Shown: positions 1-9,370 of the stretch, in pieces
Layout: the number at the start of each line of letters is the position of its first letter
Position numbering within the stretch: the first letter of the stretch is position 1
Source: Nitrospirota bacterium
GTDB lineage: Bacteria; Nitrospirota; UBA9217
Assembly: GCA_963845065.1 (NCBI GenBank)
Contig: CAWJQQ010000001.1
Coordinates: 1,120,001 to 1,184,000 of the forward strand
DNA length: 64,000 bases
Direction: 5' to 3'
Position numbers and translations under genes: made by a program
The notes under the pieces: model-generated
Seen by the model: only the letters and a program-made list of their open reading frames with translations
Told to the model about the DNA's origin: nothing
Database searches by the model: none

Positions 1-1101
1 CGCGTAGCCATGACGAAACACGCGACCTACTTCGTTTCACGTCTCACCTTCGAAACTCTTAGTGGCTTTCCGGTACTTTGTGAAGAGTTCTCCCGCGAGG
101 AACAATTCTCGATCGAGCACATCGATATAACTAATGGACTTGATCTTGCCCTTATCGCACCGGCAACAGCCAACGTCATTGGAAAGCTAGCTGCAGGTAT
201 AGCAGACGACTCATTGACGACGGCCATAATGGCGAGAGACTGCCCATTGGTGATTGCTCCTGCAATGAACGAAAGGATGTATCGTAACCCTGTCCTTCAA
301 AAGAACATCGATACACTGACCGATATGGGTGTTAAGTTCATAGCACCTGAAAGCGGCAACCTCGCGTGTGGCACTATTGGTGAAGGCAGGCTTGCGGATT
401 CGGATAGGATCATTTGGGAACTTACCTCATTGCTTACGCCGAAAGACCTTGCAGGTCAGACAGTACTCGTAACCGCTGGACCGACCCGGGAATCCATAGA
501 TGCTGTGCGGTTTATCAGCAATCCATCGACCGGGAAAATGGGGTATGCGCTTGCCGCTGCTGCAAAGGAGCGAGGCGCTGACGTCGTCCTAATTTCAGGT
601 CCTTCCCATTTGCGCCCACCGCAAGACGTGCACGTGATCCCCGTAGTCAGTGCTAGGGAAATGCACGCTGCGGTCAAAGAGCAGGCGCTGAATAGCTCGA
701 TTATTATCATGGCAGCAGCAGTATCTGATTTTACTCCCCTCCAAAAGTTTGAACGGAAGATTAAAAAAAACAACGCACCAACATCGTTGCAGCTTGAGAG
801 GACTGTGGATATCCTGCGGGAACTGGGCACGAGCAAGGGTAAGTATTTACTCATAGGGTTCGCTGCTGAAACAGATAATGTGGAGCAGAATGCAATTCAA
901 AAATTAAAAGACAAACATCTCGATATGATCGTAGCGAACGATGTCCTCCGGTCTGGTTCAGGTTTCGGTACTGACACGAATGCCGTTACAATCTTTGACC
1001 GTACAGGGAAAAGAACCGAGTTACCGATCATGCCAAAAGATGAAATCGCCCGTATAATCATAAGCACGATAATACAAATGGCGAAGTTCCAGGCTCACTG
1101 A
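1..1101 (+). CDS. coaBC: Bifunctional phosphopantothenoylcysteine decarboxylase / phosphopantothenate-cysteine ligase (5'-truncated by window edge)
   Basis: Motifs APATAN, PAMNERM, LACGxxGxGR, VTAGPTRE, RFISNPSTGKMG, AAAVSDF, GFAAET; frame is open from base 1-2, so the true start is upstream. Confidence 0.95.
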   Translation, partial: RVAMTKHATYFVSRLTFETLSGFPVLCEEFSREEQFSIEHIDITNGLDLALIAPATANVIGKLAAGIADDSLTTAIMARDCPLVIAPAMNERMYRNPVLQKNIDTLTDMGVKFIAPESGNLACGTIGEGRLADSDRIIWELTSLLTPKDLAGQTVLVTAGPTRESIDAVRFISNPSTGKMGYALAAAAKERGADVVLISGPSHLRPPQDVHVIPVVSAREMHAAVKEQALNSSIIIMAAAVSDFTPLQKFERKIKKNNAPTSLQLERTVDILRELGTSKGKYLLIGFAAETDNVEQNAIQKLKDKHLDMIVANDVLRSGSGFGTDTNAVTIFDRTGKRTELPIMPKDEIARIIISTIIQMAKFQAH

Positions 1102-1152
1102 CTTCGATTATTCCCATTCTTTGACTGATTCCTATCATAGATTCAATGATTC

Positions 1153-1181
1153 TTGACAAATAAAAATAGTCAACCTATAAT
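1153..1181 (+). promoter_or_regulatory. Sigma70-type promoter
   Basis: TTGACA (1153-1158), 17-bp spacer, TATAAT (1176-1181); ~55 bp upstream of ORF 1235. Confidence 0.8.
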
Positions 1182-1234
1182 AACTTTTATGAGAAATACT
1201 GTCCTTCCAATGTCACGAAGCAAAGTGGATTGCA

Positions 1235-1684
1235 ATGAATAATTTCGAGCTATTACAGAAGACAGTGCTTTTTAAAGGCAGCAACAAAGCGGAGATGGAT
1301 ATCGTTATGAGTCTTTTCCAAGAGCGTCAAATCAAACAGAATACCACAATTTTTACTGAAAAGATGCCGGCAGAGGCACTCTATATCGTAAAAAGTGGCA
1401 CCGTCAAGATTACTATGATGGCAGGAGAGGGTCAAGAAATGGGGCTTCTGCTCCTAGGGCCTGGAGAATTTTTCGGAGAACTTGCTCTCGTTCAGGAGGA
1501 TGTCAGGCTCGTGAACGCACGTGCCGAAACAGCGATAGAACTTCTTCTTCTCACGCGAAAAGATTTTCAGACGCTACTCGTCCTCGAACCGCGTATAGGT
1601 GCCAGAATGCTCACTATAATTACAAAACTGCTTGCCATGCGTGTGAAAGTGTATAGTGAAAAGCTCAAGGAACTGCTCTTGTAA
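1235..1684 (+). CDS. Stand-alone cyclic nucleotide-binding domain protein (Crp-type sensing domain, no HTH)
   Basis: LYIVKSGTVKI, GEFFGELAL...R..NARA pattern of cNMP-binding barrels; 149 aa. Confidence 0.85.
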   Translation: MNNFELLQKTVLFKGSNKAEMDIVMSLFQERQIKQNTTIFTEKMPAEALYIVKSGTVKITMMAGEGQEMGLLLLGPGEFFGELALVQEDVRLVNARAETAIELLLLTRKDFQTLLVLEPRIGARMLTIITKLLAMRVKVYSEKLKELLL

Positions 1685-2658
1685 TGATCCTGGCAGGGAT
1701 TGACATCGGTACGAATACCCTTAGACTGCTCATTGTTGATACTGGTCCCGGTTACTTTCGAGAGCTTATTTCTGACAGAAGAATTACGCGTCTTGGACAG
1801 GACACCGATCGGTGCGGTGTATTAACTCATGAAGCCATGGAACGGTCATTTAATGCACTTGTTTCCTTTCAGAAAAGCATCCAACACCAGGGAGCACGTC
1901 ATATCTCTGTAATTGGTACGAGCGCACTCAGAAGGGCAAAAAACGCATCTGTCTTTATCGATCGAGTACGAAAACAGACAGGACTAGTTGTCCGTGTCGT
2001 AAGCGGTGAAGAGGAGGCACGGCTCACACTACTCGGTGTACAACAGTGCCTCGCAACACCGAATGATATGAGCAGTAACATTCTCTCTGCGGCGTTAGTC
2101 ATGGACATCGGCGGCGGCAGCACAGAGATCATACTTACTCATACTGACAGAAAACCTGTAATTGCAAGTTTGTCCCTTGGTGCCGTATACCTTTACGATG
2201 CGTTCATAAAGCACGATCCTCCTTCACCAGAAGATTTGGCTCGCCTCAGAAATTCAATCCATAAAGAGCTCGATACCAGTGCAGGGACGTTTCAATCTGC
2301 TATGAACAGCATTTGTATCGGCACTGCTGGTACTATTACGACATTGGCTGCTATTAGTCAAGGACTTGCTCGATATGATGCTGAAAAAATCAATAGGTCA
2401 GTATTGACCCGTGAATTCATCAATGCTATCGTTACAAAACTGGAGGCATCGACGCTCAAGGAACGAAAGAAAATTCAGGGATTGGAAAATGGCAGGGAAG
2501 ACATAATTCTTTCCGGTGCGATCATTGCTCAGGAGATTATGCGTCGCTTCGGATTTTACTCCATGGTCGTAAGTGACTGGGGTCTTCGGGAAGGTATCGT
2601 TATAGATTTGTTCGAAAGACTTAATAAACAAAATTCATTGGAAAAAACGCAGATCTAA
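1684..2658 (+). CDS. ppx: Ppx/GppA family phosphatase (short form, no HD domain)
   Basis: GIDIGTNTLRL, GTSALR, SGEEEA, DIGGGSTE, R.DII.SG, GLREG motifs. Confidence 0.9.
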   Translation: MILAGIDIGTNTLRLLIVDTGPGYFRELISDRRITRLGQDTDRCGVLTHEAMERSFNALVSFQKSIQHQGARHISVIGTSALRRAKNASVFIDRVRKQTGLVVRVVSGEEEARLTLLGVQQCLATPNDMSSNILSAALVMDIGGGSTEIILTHTDRKPVIASLSLGAVYLYDAFIKHDPPSPEDLARLRNSIHKELDTSAGTFQSAMNSICIGTAGTITTLAAISQGLARYDAEKINRSVLTREFINAIVTKLEASTLKERKKIQGLENGREDIILSGAIIAQEIMRRFGFYSMVVSDWGLREGIVIDLFERLNKQNSLEKTQI

Positions 2659-2779
2659 ACTTATTCACAATACTGAAATATAGTCGTGGCTTTATCACGT
2701 ACTCATCGAAAAAATAATAGCAGTCATTAGTATCCCGCCGCGCGCGTTGTGATGGCTGCTGGAGGAGAGGTTTTGTAGC

Positions 2780-4174
2780 ATGCAGGAAGCTCGAATATTG
2801 ATTATGGATGACGAGGAACAAGAGCGCCGCAGGATTGAAGAGCACCTGGTCAAACAAGGGTACGATGTAGTTGCTGTCGGTACAGTCCCCGAAGCCATCA
2901 GGGCAATCAGGCACGATCGCTTCGAAGTATTTCTAACAGACTGCAATATCCCCGGTATTGACGCGCTCAAAACATCGGACGAAGTTCGCAGGATAAACCC
3001 TGACCTGGCGGTGATAATTATGACTGCTTTCGGCACTATCGAGACCGCAGTGAGGGCTATTAAGGGCGGCGCTTACGATTATCTTCCCAAACCGCTTGAT
3101 CTTGACCAACTCGTTGTCCTCATCGGACGAATATCGGAACGACAGGAGCTTATCCGTGAGAACTCAGAGCTTAAAGAGCTGTTGCGAGAAAGATATAAAT
3201 TCGATGAGATCGTGAGCACTAGTAGTGCAATGGAAGAGGTGCTGAACCTTGCAGGCAGGGTTGCCGGAAGCAATGCTACAGTGCTTATTCGAGGAAATAG
3301 TGGAACAGGCAAGGAACTGCTCGCCAAGGCTATTCATTATCACAGTCCCAGGGCAAATTACCCCCTCATCAAAGTAAATTGTGCCGCGTTACCGGAAACA
3401 CTTCTTGAAAGCGAGCTTTTCGGTCACGAAAAGGGGTCGTTTACCGGTGCTACCGTTCGCAGAATTGGAAGGTTCGAAGCTGCGGACAAGGGAACTTTGT
3501 TCCTTGACGAGATTGCCGAGCTGACGCCCGGTATGCAGGTAAAGCTTCTCCGAGTGCTTCAAGAACACGAATTCGAACGAGTTGGTGGCAACCAGACCAT
3601 CAAGAGCGATGTGCGGCTGATCGCAGCCACGAATAAGGACATAGAAAAAGCGATTAGGGACGGTTCGTTCAGGGAAGATCTTTATTATCGATTGAATGTC
3701 GTATCCGTAACAATTCCTCCGCTTCATGAGCGAAAAGAAGATATACCAGAGCTTATGGATTTTTTCATTAAAAAGTATGGAAAGGAAAACAAGAAGCAGA
3801 TCAGTGGTATGTCAGCAGATGCGCGGGACTTGCTTATGCGTTATAATTATCCCGGCAATGTTCGCGAACTGGAAAATATCATAGAACGGGCTGTCGTCCT
3901 AGCAAAGCGAGGACTAATCACGGTTAAAGATCTCCCTATCCATGTCCAGGCCGTCATGGAAGAAGGAAAGGCGCCACTAGCACAACAGAAAGGCTCGTTG
4001 CATGAGACGCTTAAAACAATGGAAAGAGGTCTTATTTTCGACGCGTTGAAAGAGGTGGGTGGCGTTCAAACGCGGGCAGCAGAGCAGCTTGGTATCAGCG
4101 AGCGCGTATTGAGATATAAATTAAAGAAGTACAGTATAAGGAATGATGGTGAGCATGCCGGTATCAAAACCTAG
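2780..4174 (+). CDS. Sigma54-dependent response regulator (NtrC/AtoC family: REC-AAA+-HTH)
   Basis: REC N-terminus, [44 protein letters not shown], Fis-type HTH. Confidence 0.93.
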   Translation: MQEARILIMDDEEQERRRIEEHLVKQGYDVVAVGTVPEAIRAIRHDRFEVFLTDCNIPGIDALKTSDEVRRINPDLAVIIMTAFGTIETAVRAIKGGAYDYLPKPLDLDQLVVLIGRISERQELIRENSELKELLRERYKFDEIVSTSSAMEEVLNLAGRVAGSNATVLIRGNSGTGKELLAKAIHYHSPRANYPLIKVNCAALPETLLESELFGHEKGSFTGATVRRIGRFEAADKGTLFLDEIAELTPGMQVKLLRVLQEHEFERVGGNQTIKSDVRLIAATNKDIEKAIRDGSFREDLYYRLNVVSVTIPPLHERKEDIPELMDFFIKKYGKENKKQISGMSADARDLLMRYNYPGNVRELENIIERAVVLAKRGLITVKDLPIHVQAVMEEGKAPLAQQKGSLHETLKTMERGLIFDALKEVGGVQTRAAEQLGISERVLRYKLKKYSIRNDGEHAGIKT

Positions 4175-4436
4175 CTTTGTCCGCACGGTCATCCATGATG
4201 GTCACCGTGTTGCTTATTCATTTGAAATCTAACGCAAAACGTGCTATCGTCCGTATCTGGCATGCTATGCACCTTATCCCCTGGGTGTTCATGTGATAAT
4301 TAGGTTGAAGAACACGGGCCCGCTGTTTGCAGATTTAAAGGTGATGATATCGCTGTAGTCCGCATTGGCGGACATAGAGTTGTGCTCCGGAGAAATAGGC
4401 TACCCAAAGAAAGGTTATTTATTGAGCTATCCAGTA

Positions 4437-4763
4437 TTATTTATGGCAACGAGTGCAGTTCTTTTGGTCCTTGACGTCGAAGCCGTTCTGGCCGTTGTGA
4501 CACTTGCCGCAAAATTCCCCCTTTGTAATTTTGCTCATGTCCATTTTGTTTGATCCTTGTGCCATCTGGAATATCTTGTAATGACATACTGAGCATTTCA
4601 GGCCTTGTCCCTTCACATGCTTGTCATGGCTGAATACGACCGGTGAGGCATTTTTGGGCGTGAATGTCAAGTCTCCACCACCTACCTTTTCTCCAAAAAC
4701 ACTTAAGGGAATTGCCAGGCACGTGGTCGCAATTAATGCTATAATAACGAACTTACTTTTCAT
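4437..4763 (-). CDS. Periplasmic c7-type triheme cytochrome c
   Basis: Signal peptide from ATG at 4763, VVFSHDKH, three CxxCH motifs (CSVCH, CGKCH, CTRCH). Confidence 0.9.
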   Translation of the reverse strand: MKSKFVIIALIATTCLAIPLSVFGEKVGGGDLTFTPKNASPVVFSHDKHVKGQGLKCSVCHYKIFQMAQGSNKMDMSKITKGEFCGKCHNGQNGFDVKDQKNCTRCHK

Positions 4764-4965
4764 ATATTCCTGTCTCCCGCTTGGGATGAACTCGCTAAAT
4801 ATAGTAGTTACACAAAGTGGATTATTATAACAAGGCACTCCGCATTGTTCAAGTTCTATTTCTAAAACTCATATTTCCAGAACCCTAATTCTGACGACAA
4901 GTAGGGAAAATCTGTTATAATAAATTCATAGACTTTGGCAATCTTAGCGTCGTGGAAGGGGCTAC

Positions 4966-5733
4966 ATGCTATCCGATCTCTCATTGGCATTGATACAAAA
5001 AATGAACGCAGGGTTAAAAAAACCGGTCAGACTTATCATATTCACGACAGACATTGGGTGCGAGTCCTGCCCCGACATGCTGAAACTTAGCCATGCAATC
5101 AAGAAGCACTTCGACAAAATCGCCTTGGAAACGTACGATATGGTCATGGACCGGGACAAAGTGCAGCTGTACGGCGTAAAATTGGCCCCGACTATCATCT
5201 TTCAGGGAGGGGATGGTCAGTGGGCGGCATTTGTTGGATACCTTGAGGACGGTATGCTGGAAGTGCTGCTATCAGCCATAAAGTCACTTTCGCTTGGAAA
5301 CGCATGGTTCCCGGAAAATATCATAAGAGCTCTCAATCATCTAACTCACGATGTAAAGATACGCGTGTTCGTGGAAAGCGATTGTACACGATGCCAACCT
5401 GTTGCTGAAACGGCTATAGGGCTTGCTCTTACGAGCAAATTTATTTCTGCAGAGATCGTTATAGCAAGCGAATATCCAGACCTTGTAAAAAAGTTCAACG
5501 TGAAGACACTGCCGACGACTATCTTCGGAGAGAACATTCAAATGACCGGTCATGTTACGGAGGGGCAGTTTCTTGAGATGATCTTCCAGACAGAGGGAGT
5601 GAAGGTGGGACCGGACAAACGGTGCCTTATCTGCGGTAATCCCTCTCCCGACGTAATCTGCGATTCGTGCAAAACCAGGGTTGAGGCTGAGGCAAAAGAT
5701 CATAAACTAAAGAGCGAAAAAATGAACCGCTAG
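4966..5733 (+). CDS. Two-domain protein disulfide oxidoreductase (AhpF-NTD/PDO-like thioredoxin fold) with C-terminal Cys4 motif
   Basis: CESC and CTRC motifs in two thioredoxin-like units; terminal CLIC-x8-CDSC. Confidence 0.8.
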   Translation: MLSDLSLALIQKMNAGLKKPVRLIIFTTDIGCESCPDMLKLSHAIKKHFDKIALETYDMVMDRDKVQLYGVKLAPTIIFQGGDGQWAAFVGYLEDGMLEVLLSAIKSLSLGNAWFPENIIRALNHLTHDVKIRVFVESDCTRCQPVAETAIGLALTSKFISAEIVIASEYPDLVKKFNVKTLPTTIFGENIQMTGHVTEGQFLEMIFQTEGVKVGPDKRCLICGNPSPDVICDSCKTRVEAEAKDHKLKSEKMNR

Positions 5734-5854
5734 AAACCGCTCTGAGGTCTAGAGGAACTACGTCGTTTTTTCGCTGAACAATCCTTGCAACATGTTTTGG
5801 TAAGTGATATTGAGATCGGATTGGTTGTCAGGTGATTGACAGGGGGTTGACGGC

Positions 5855-6865
5855 GTGAGACAGGCACTTTTTCAGGAACCGCGGGAAAACAAGAAGGTGC
5901 AATGTAGTTTGTGCAGCCATCGTTGCGTCATCGATCCAGGAAAACGCGGCATTTGCACCGTTCGCGAGAACTGTGACGGTATTCTATATAGCCTCGTGTA
6001 CGATAAGGTGATCGTTCGGAATATCGATCCTATCGAGAAAAAGCCGCTTTTCCATTTCCTGCCGGGCAGCAGATCATATTCCATTGCTACTCCAGGATGT
6101 AACTTCCGTTGTAAAAATTGCCAGAACGCCGATATCTCCCAGCTTCCGCATGACCGTGGAGGTGTGATCGTCGGAGAGAACATCTCTCCCAGCTCGATCG
6201 TTGAGGCAGCCCGGGCACAGGGTTGCGCAAGCATTTCCTATACATATACCGAGCCGACGATCTTTTTTGAATTGGCCTACGACACAGCGCGGCTTGCTGT
6301 AGAGGCAGGCCTTAAGAACGTTTTCGTAACGAACGGTTATAGTACGCCCGAGGCACTAAAGGTCATCCGGCCTTATCTCCATGCTGTAAACGTCGACCTC
6401 AAAGGATTCAGTGATGAATTCTACAAGCGTATCTGCGGTGCACGGCTCCAACCAGTATTGGACGCTATAAGACTCTACAAGGAATTCGGCATCTGGATTG
6501 AGATCACAACATTGGTTATTCCTGGCCATAATGATTTGGATGAGCAACTGACCTCAATTGCGCAGTTCATAAAATCGGTAGACGAATCAATCCCGTGGCA
6601 CGTATCCAGGTTCCATCCCGCATACAAGCTCGTTGACCAGCCCATTACGCCTCTCACTACACTCGAGCGCGCGCGTAAAATCGGTATGGATTCAGGGCTA
6701 CTGCATGTTTACGAAGGTAATGTCCCTGGACAGGGTGAAAACACAATCTGCCCCAATTGCAAGCAAACGATTGTTAAACGTATTGGTTTCACGGTGCTGG
6801 AAAGCAAAATTACTGACGGAATGTGCGGATACTGCCAGACGCGAATCGCTGGAGTTTGGCAGTGA
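5855..6865 (+). CDS. amrS: AmmeMemoRadiSam system radical SAM enzyme
   Basis: CxxCxxxC...G.C.VR N-terminus, DPIEKKPLFHF, CNFRCKNCQN, YTYTEPTIFFE, PWHVSRFHP. Confidence 0.92.
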   Translation: MRQALFQEPRENKKVQCSLCSHRCVIDPGKRGICTVRENCDGILYSLVYDKVIVRNIDPIEKKPLFHFLPGSRSYSIATPGCNFRCKNCQNADISQLPHDRGGVIVGENISPSSIVEAARAQGCASISYTYTEPTIFFELAYDTARLAVEAGLKNVFVTNGYSTPEALKVIRPYLHAVNVDLKGFSDEFYKRICGARLQPVLDAIRLYKEFGIWIEITTLVIPGHNDLDEQLTSIAQFIKSVDESIPWHVSRFHPAYKLVDQPITPLTTLERARKIGMDSGLLHVYEGNVPGQGENTICPNCKQTIVKRIGFTVLESKITDGMCGYCQTRIAGVWQ

Positions 6866-6908
6866 TTTGGCTTCTAAAGACGTCGGTAGCAGTAAGGGGA
6901 AAAGTTTT

Positions 6909-7325
6909 GTGAAATCAAAATGTGAAACGTTTGCACACGAATCCGATATAGGCATCCGCGGTTACGGCAATACTCTAGAAGAGGCTTTTGAAAATGCAGC
7001 TATGGCGATGTATTCCGTCATGGTAAGGGTCGATAAGGTTAAACCCTTGGCGCCGAGAGAGGTGACTGCTTCGGCACCTGACGGGGAAATGCTATTGGTA
7101 GAATGGTTGAATGCGCTTTTGTCTTTGTCTGATGTTGAACGAATGGTTTACTCGAAGTTTATGGTGAAGATTGAGGGGACATTGCTTACAGGCACAGCAT
7201 GGGGTGAAAAGCTGGACCAAACTCGGCATCAACCGAATGTGGAAGTGAAAGGTGCCACCTACCATATGCTGAAAGTGTACAAAGATGGCGATTCGTATGT
7301 AGCACAATGTGTAGTTGATGTTTAA
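6909..7325 (+). CDS. Archease (RtcB activator)
   Basis: H.SDIGIRGYG..LEEAF.NAA and EVKGATYH..., terminal VVDV; GTG start at 6909 after GGGG; directly upstream of rtcB. Confidence 0.9.
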   Translation: MKSKCETFAHESDIGIRGYGNTLEEAFENAAMAMYSVMVRVDKVKPLAPREVTASAPDGEMLLVEWLNALLSLSDVERMVYSKFMVKIEGTLLTGTAWGEKLDQTRHQPNVEVKGATYHMLKVYKDGDSYVAQCVVDV

Positions 7326-7382
7326 AATTGCGAAATTAAAAAATTACAGATAAATAAATTAGGTAAGGTTTCGCACCGCTCT

Positions 7383-8828
7383 ATGGGGACGCAGGAAGTG
7401 GATCCTAAATCATTCCATAAGGTCAACGATTTTCTCTGGGAAATACCGCAGCATGGAGAGATGCAGGTTCCTGGCAGGATATTTGCCAGCGAGAAGCTCA
7501 TCCTGGAAATGGACGAGAAAGTAAGAGAGCAGGTGACTAACGTTGCCATGCTGCCGGGCATTCAGGTCGCCTCTTTCGCGATGCCTGATGCACACTGGGG
7601 CTACGGTTTTCCTATAGGTGGGGTAGCTGCGTTTGATCCTGATGAGGGCGGAATCATATCCATGGGGGGTGTAGGCTTCGATATTTCCTGCGGTGTACGC
7701 ACTATGAAGACGGGCATGACCTACGATGAAGTAAAGCCACGCCTCAAAACACTTGTTGACCAGTTTTTCATTCGCGTGCCTGCAGGTGTAGGATCAGAGG
7801 GGCTTATCAAACTGTCTCCCGGTCAGATAGATGAAATGCTTATGGGTGGTGCTGTGTGGGCAATCAAGAAGGGCTACGGCGTCAAGGATGACCTCGACTA
7901 TATAGAAGAGCGCGGACGAGTGGAAGGTGCAGAGCCGGAACATGTCTCCGACATGGCCAAAAAACGCCAGTACCGTGAGATGGGTACGCTTGGCTCAGGT
8001 AACCATTATCTCGAAGTTCAGGTAGTCTCAGAGGTTTACGATGAACAGGCTGCGCTGGCCATGAGCTTGAGAAGGGATGACGTCATAATTACAGTCCACT
8101 GCGGATCGCGCGGACTTGGTCATCAAATCGGGACAGACTATTTAAAGAGTCTTGCTAATGCAGCACATCGGTTTAAGCTGCCCATCAGGGACCGTGAACT
8201 CGTTTCAGCACCCATAGAATCACCGGAAGGCAAAAGGTACTTCGGCGCCATGAACGCAGGCATCAACTGCGCGCTCGCAAACCGCCAGATCATCACCCAC
8301 CTTGTAAGGGAGATATTTACCGAGGTTTTCCCCGAGGGGCACATCAATATGCTCTACGACATTAGCCACAACACCTGTAAAGTGGAAACACATGTGATTA
8401 ACGGGAAGAAGAAAAGACTTTATGTTCATCGCAAGGGTGCCACACGGTCCTTCGGTCCTGGCCAGATGGACATTCCGCTAGATTACCGTCATATTGGCCA
8501 ACCTGTACTCATTGGCGGAACGATGGGGACTTCATCCTATATCTTAGTAGGAACAGACTCAGGCATGCATACCGCCTTCGGGTCTGCTTGCCACGGCGCG
8601 GGAAGGGCTATGTCACGGACTCAAGCCAAAAGGAAGTGGCATGGCAGGGACGTCATTCGAATCCTCGAGGAGCAGGGCGTCATGATACGTGGACATTCAT
8701 ATTCCGGTATTGCAGAAGAAGCACCAGACTCCTATAAAGATGTGACAGAGGTTATAGAGGCAGCGCACGAGGCAGGCCTTGCACGCAAGGTTGTGCGGGT
8801 TAAGCCGGTTGCCTGTGTCAAAGGATAG
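7383..8828 (+). CDS. rtcB: RtcB RNA ligase (archaeal-like, archease-associated type)
   Basis: MPDAHWGYGFPIGGV, DISCGVR, GTLGSGNHYLE, HCGSRGLGH, HN, HRKGAT, GTMG, SACHGAGR, EEAP.SYK, terminal VKG. Confidence 0.96.
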   Translation: MGTQEVDPKSFHKVNDFLWEIPQHGEMQVPGRIFASEKLILEMDEKVREQVTNVAMLPGIQVASFAMPDAHWGYGFPIGGVAAFDPDEGGIISMGGVGFDISCGVRTMKTGMTYDEVKPRLKTLVDQFFIRVPAGVGSEGLIKLSPGQIDEMLMGGAVWAIKKGYGVKDDLDYIEERGRVEGAEPEHVSDMAKKRQYREMGTLGSGNHYLEVQVVSEVYDEQAALAMSLRRDDVIITVHCGSRGLGHQIGTDYLKSLANAAHRFKLPIRDRELVSAPIESPEGKRYFGAMNAGINCALANRQIITHLVREIFTEVFPEGHINMLYDISHNTCKVETHVINGKKKRLYVHRKGATRSFGPGQMDIPLDYRHIGQPVLIGGTMGTSSYILVGTDSGMHTAFGSACHGAGRAMSRTQAKRKWHGRDVIRILEEQGVMIRGHSYSGIAEEAPDSYKDVTEVIEAAHEAGLARKVVRVKPVACVKG

Positions 8829-8873
8829 GGGGCCTTGATAGTCGAGATTTATCACTCCCATCAAGAAGGCCCC
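8829..8873 (+). terminator. GC-rich hairpin immediately after rtcB (possible terminator or mRNA-stabilising stem)
   Basis: GGGGCCTTGAT...ATCAAGAAGGCCCC inverted repeat; no clear U-tract. Confidence 0.4.
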
Positions 8874-8881
8874 ACATAAAT

Positions 8882-9201
8882 TATGTATTGAAGGAAATAG
8901 ACTCTCCCGACTACAAAGGCCGAACATTCAATAAGATGATTAACAATGGTTCGAAGGGGCAGTATGCTTCGTAGAGCATCGGATAAACTCAGATGGGATG
9001 GCATCCCAGAACAGGTTATTCCGAGCTTTCACACATCCACTGCCTGTACGGTCCATTCCCTGGTCGATGCCAACATTCGACAAGGTAAAATATTTTGTTG
9101 TCCGCACTGCGAAGTTAATGAATATGCCGACAAGGATGTTGCGGACACTATCGGTAATTACCTTTTTGCTGAGACCTAACCCGATACGGCAAGTGACATA
9201 G
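8882..9201 (+). pseudogene. Frameshifted C-terminal remnant of a TnpB/Cas12-like nuclease
   Basis: Joined frames read EIDSPDYKGRTFNKMINNGSKGQY/LRRASDKLRWDGIPEQVIPSFHTSTACTVH...FCCPHC...ADKDVADTI, resembling the TS-C..C-C..C-AD zinc-ribbon/RuvC-III tail. Confidence 0.6.
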
Positions 9202-9370
9202 CATCACCCAAAGGGTTGGCTAGACGCAAGGAACGACCTTTTTTTCCTGCGGGAGCATTCACTCTAGGAGAACAACCATCTCGTTCCATAGTTTATTTCT
9301 AATCACAGAGACAACCTTTCTTCCCTCGACAAATCACATAGAATACTTTAATATTATTCGTGCGAAGTCT

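Noticed and set aside
4258..4272. Sigma54 promoter-like TGGCA...TGC (also TGGCACG on the minus strand near 41570)
   Set aside because: GG-to-GC spacing is wrong or the -12 element is missing
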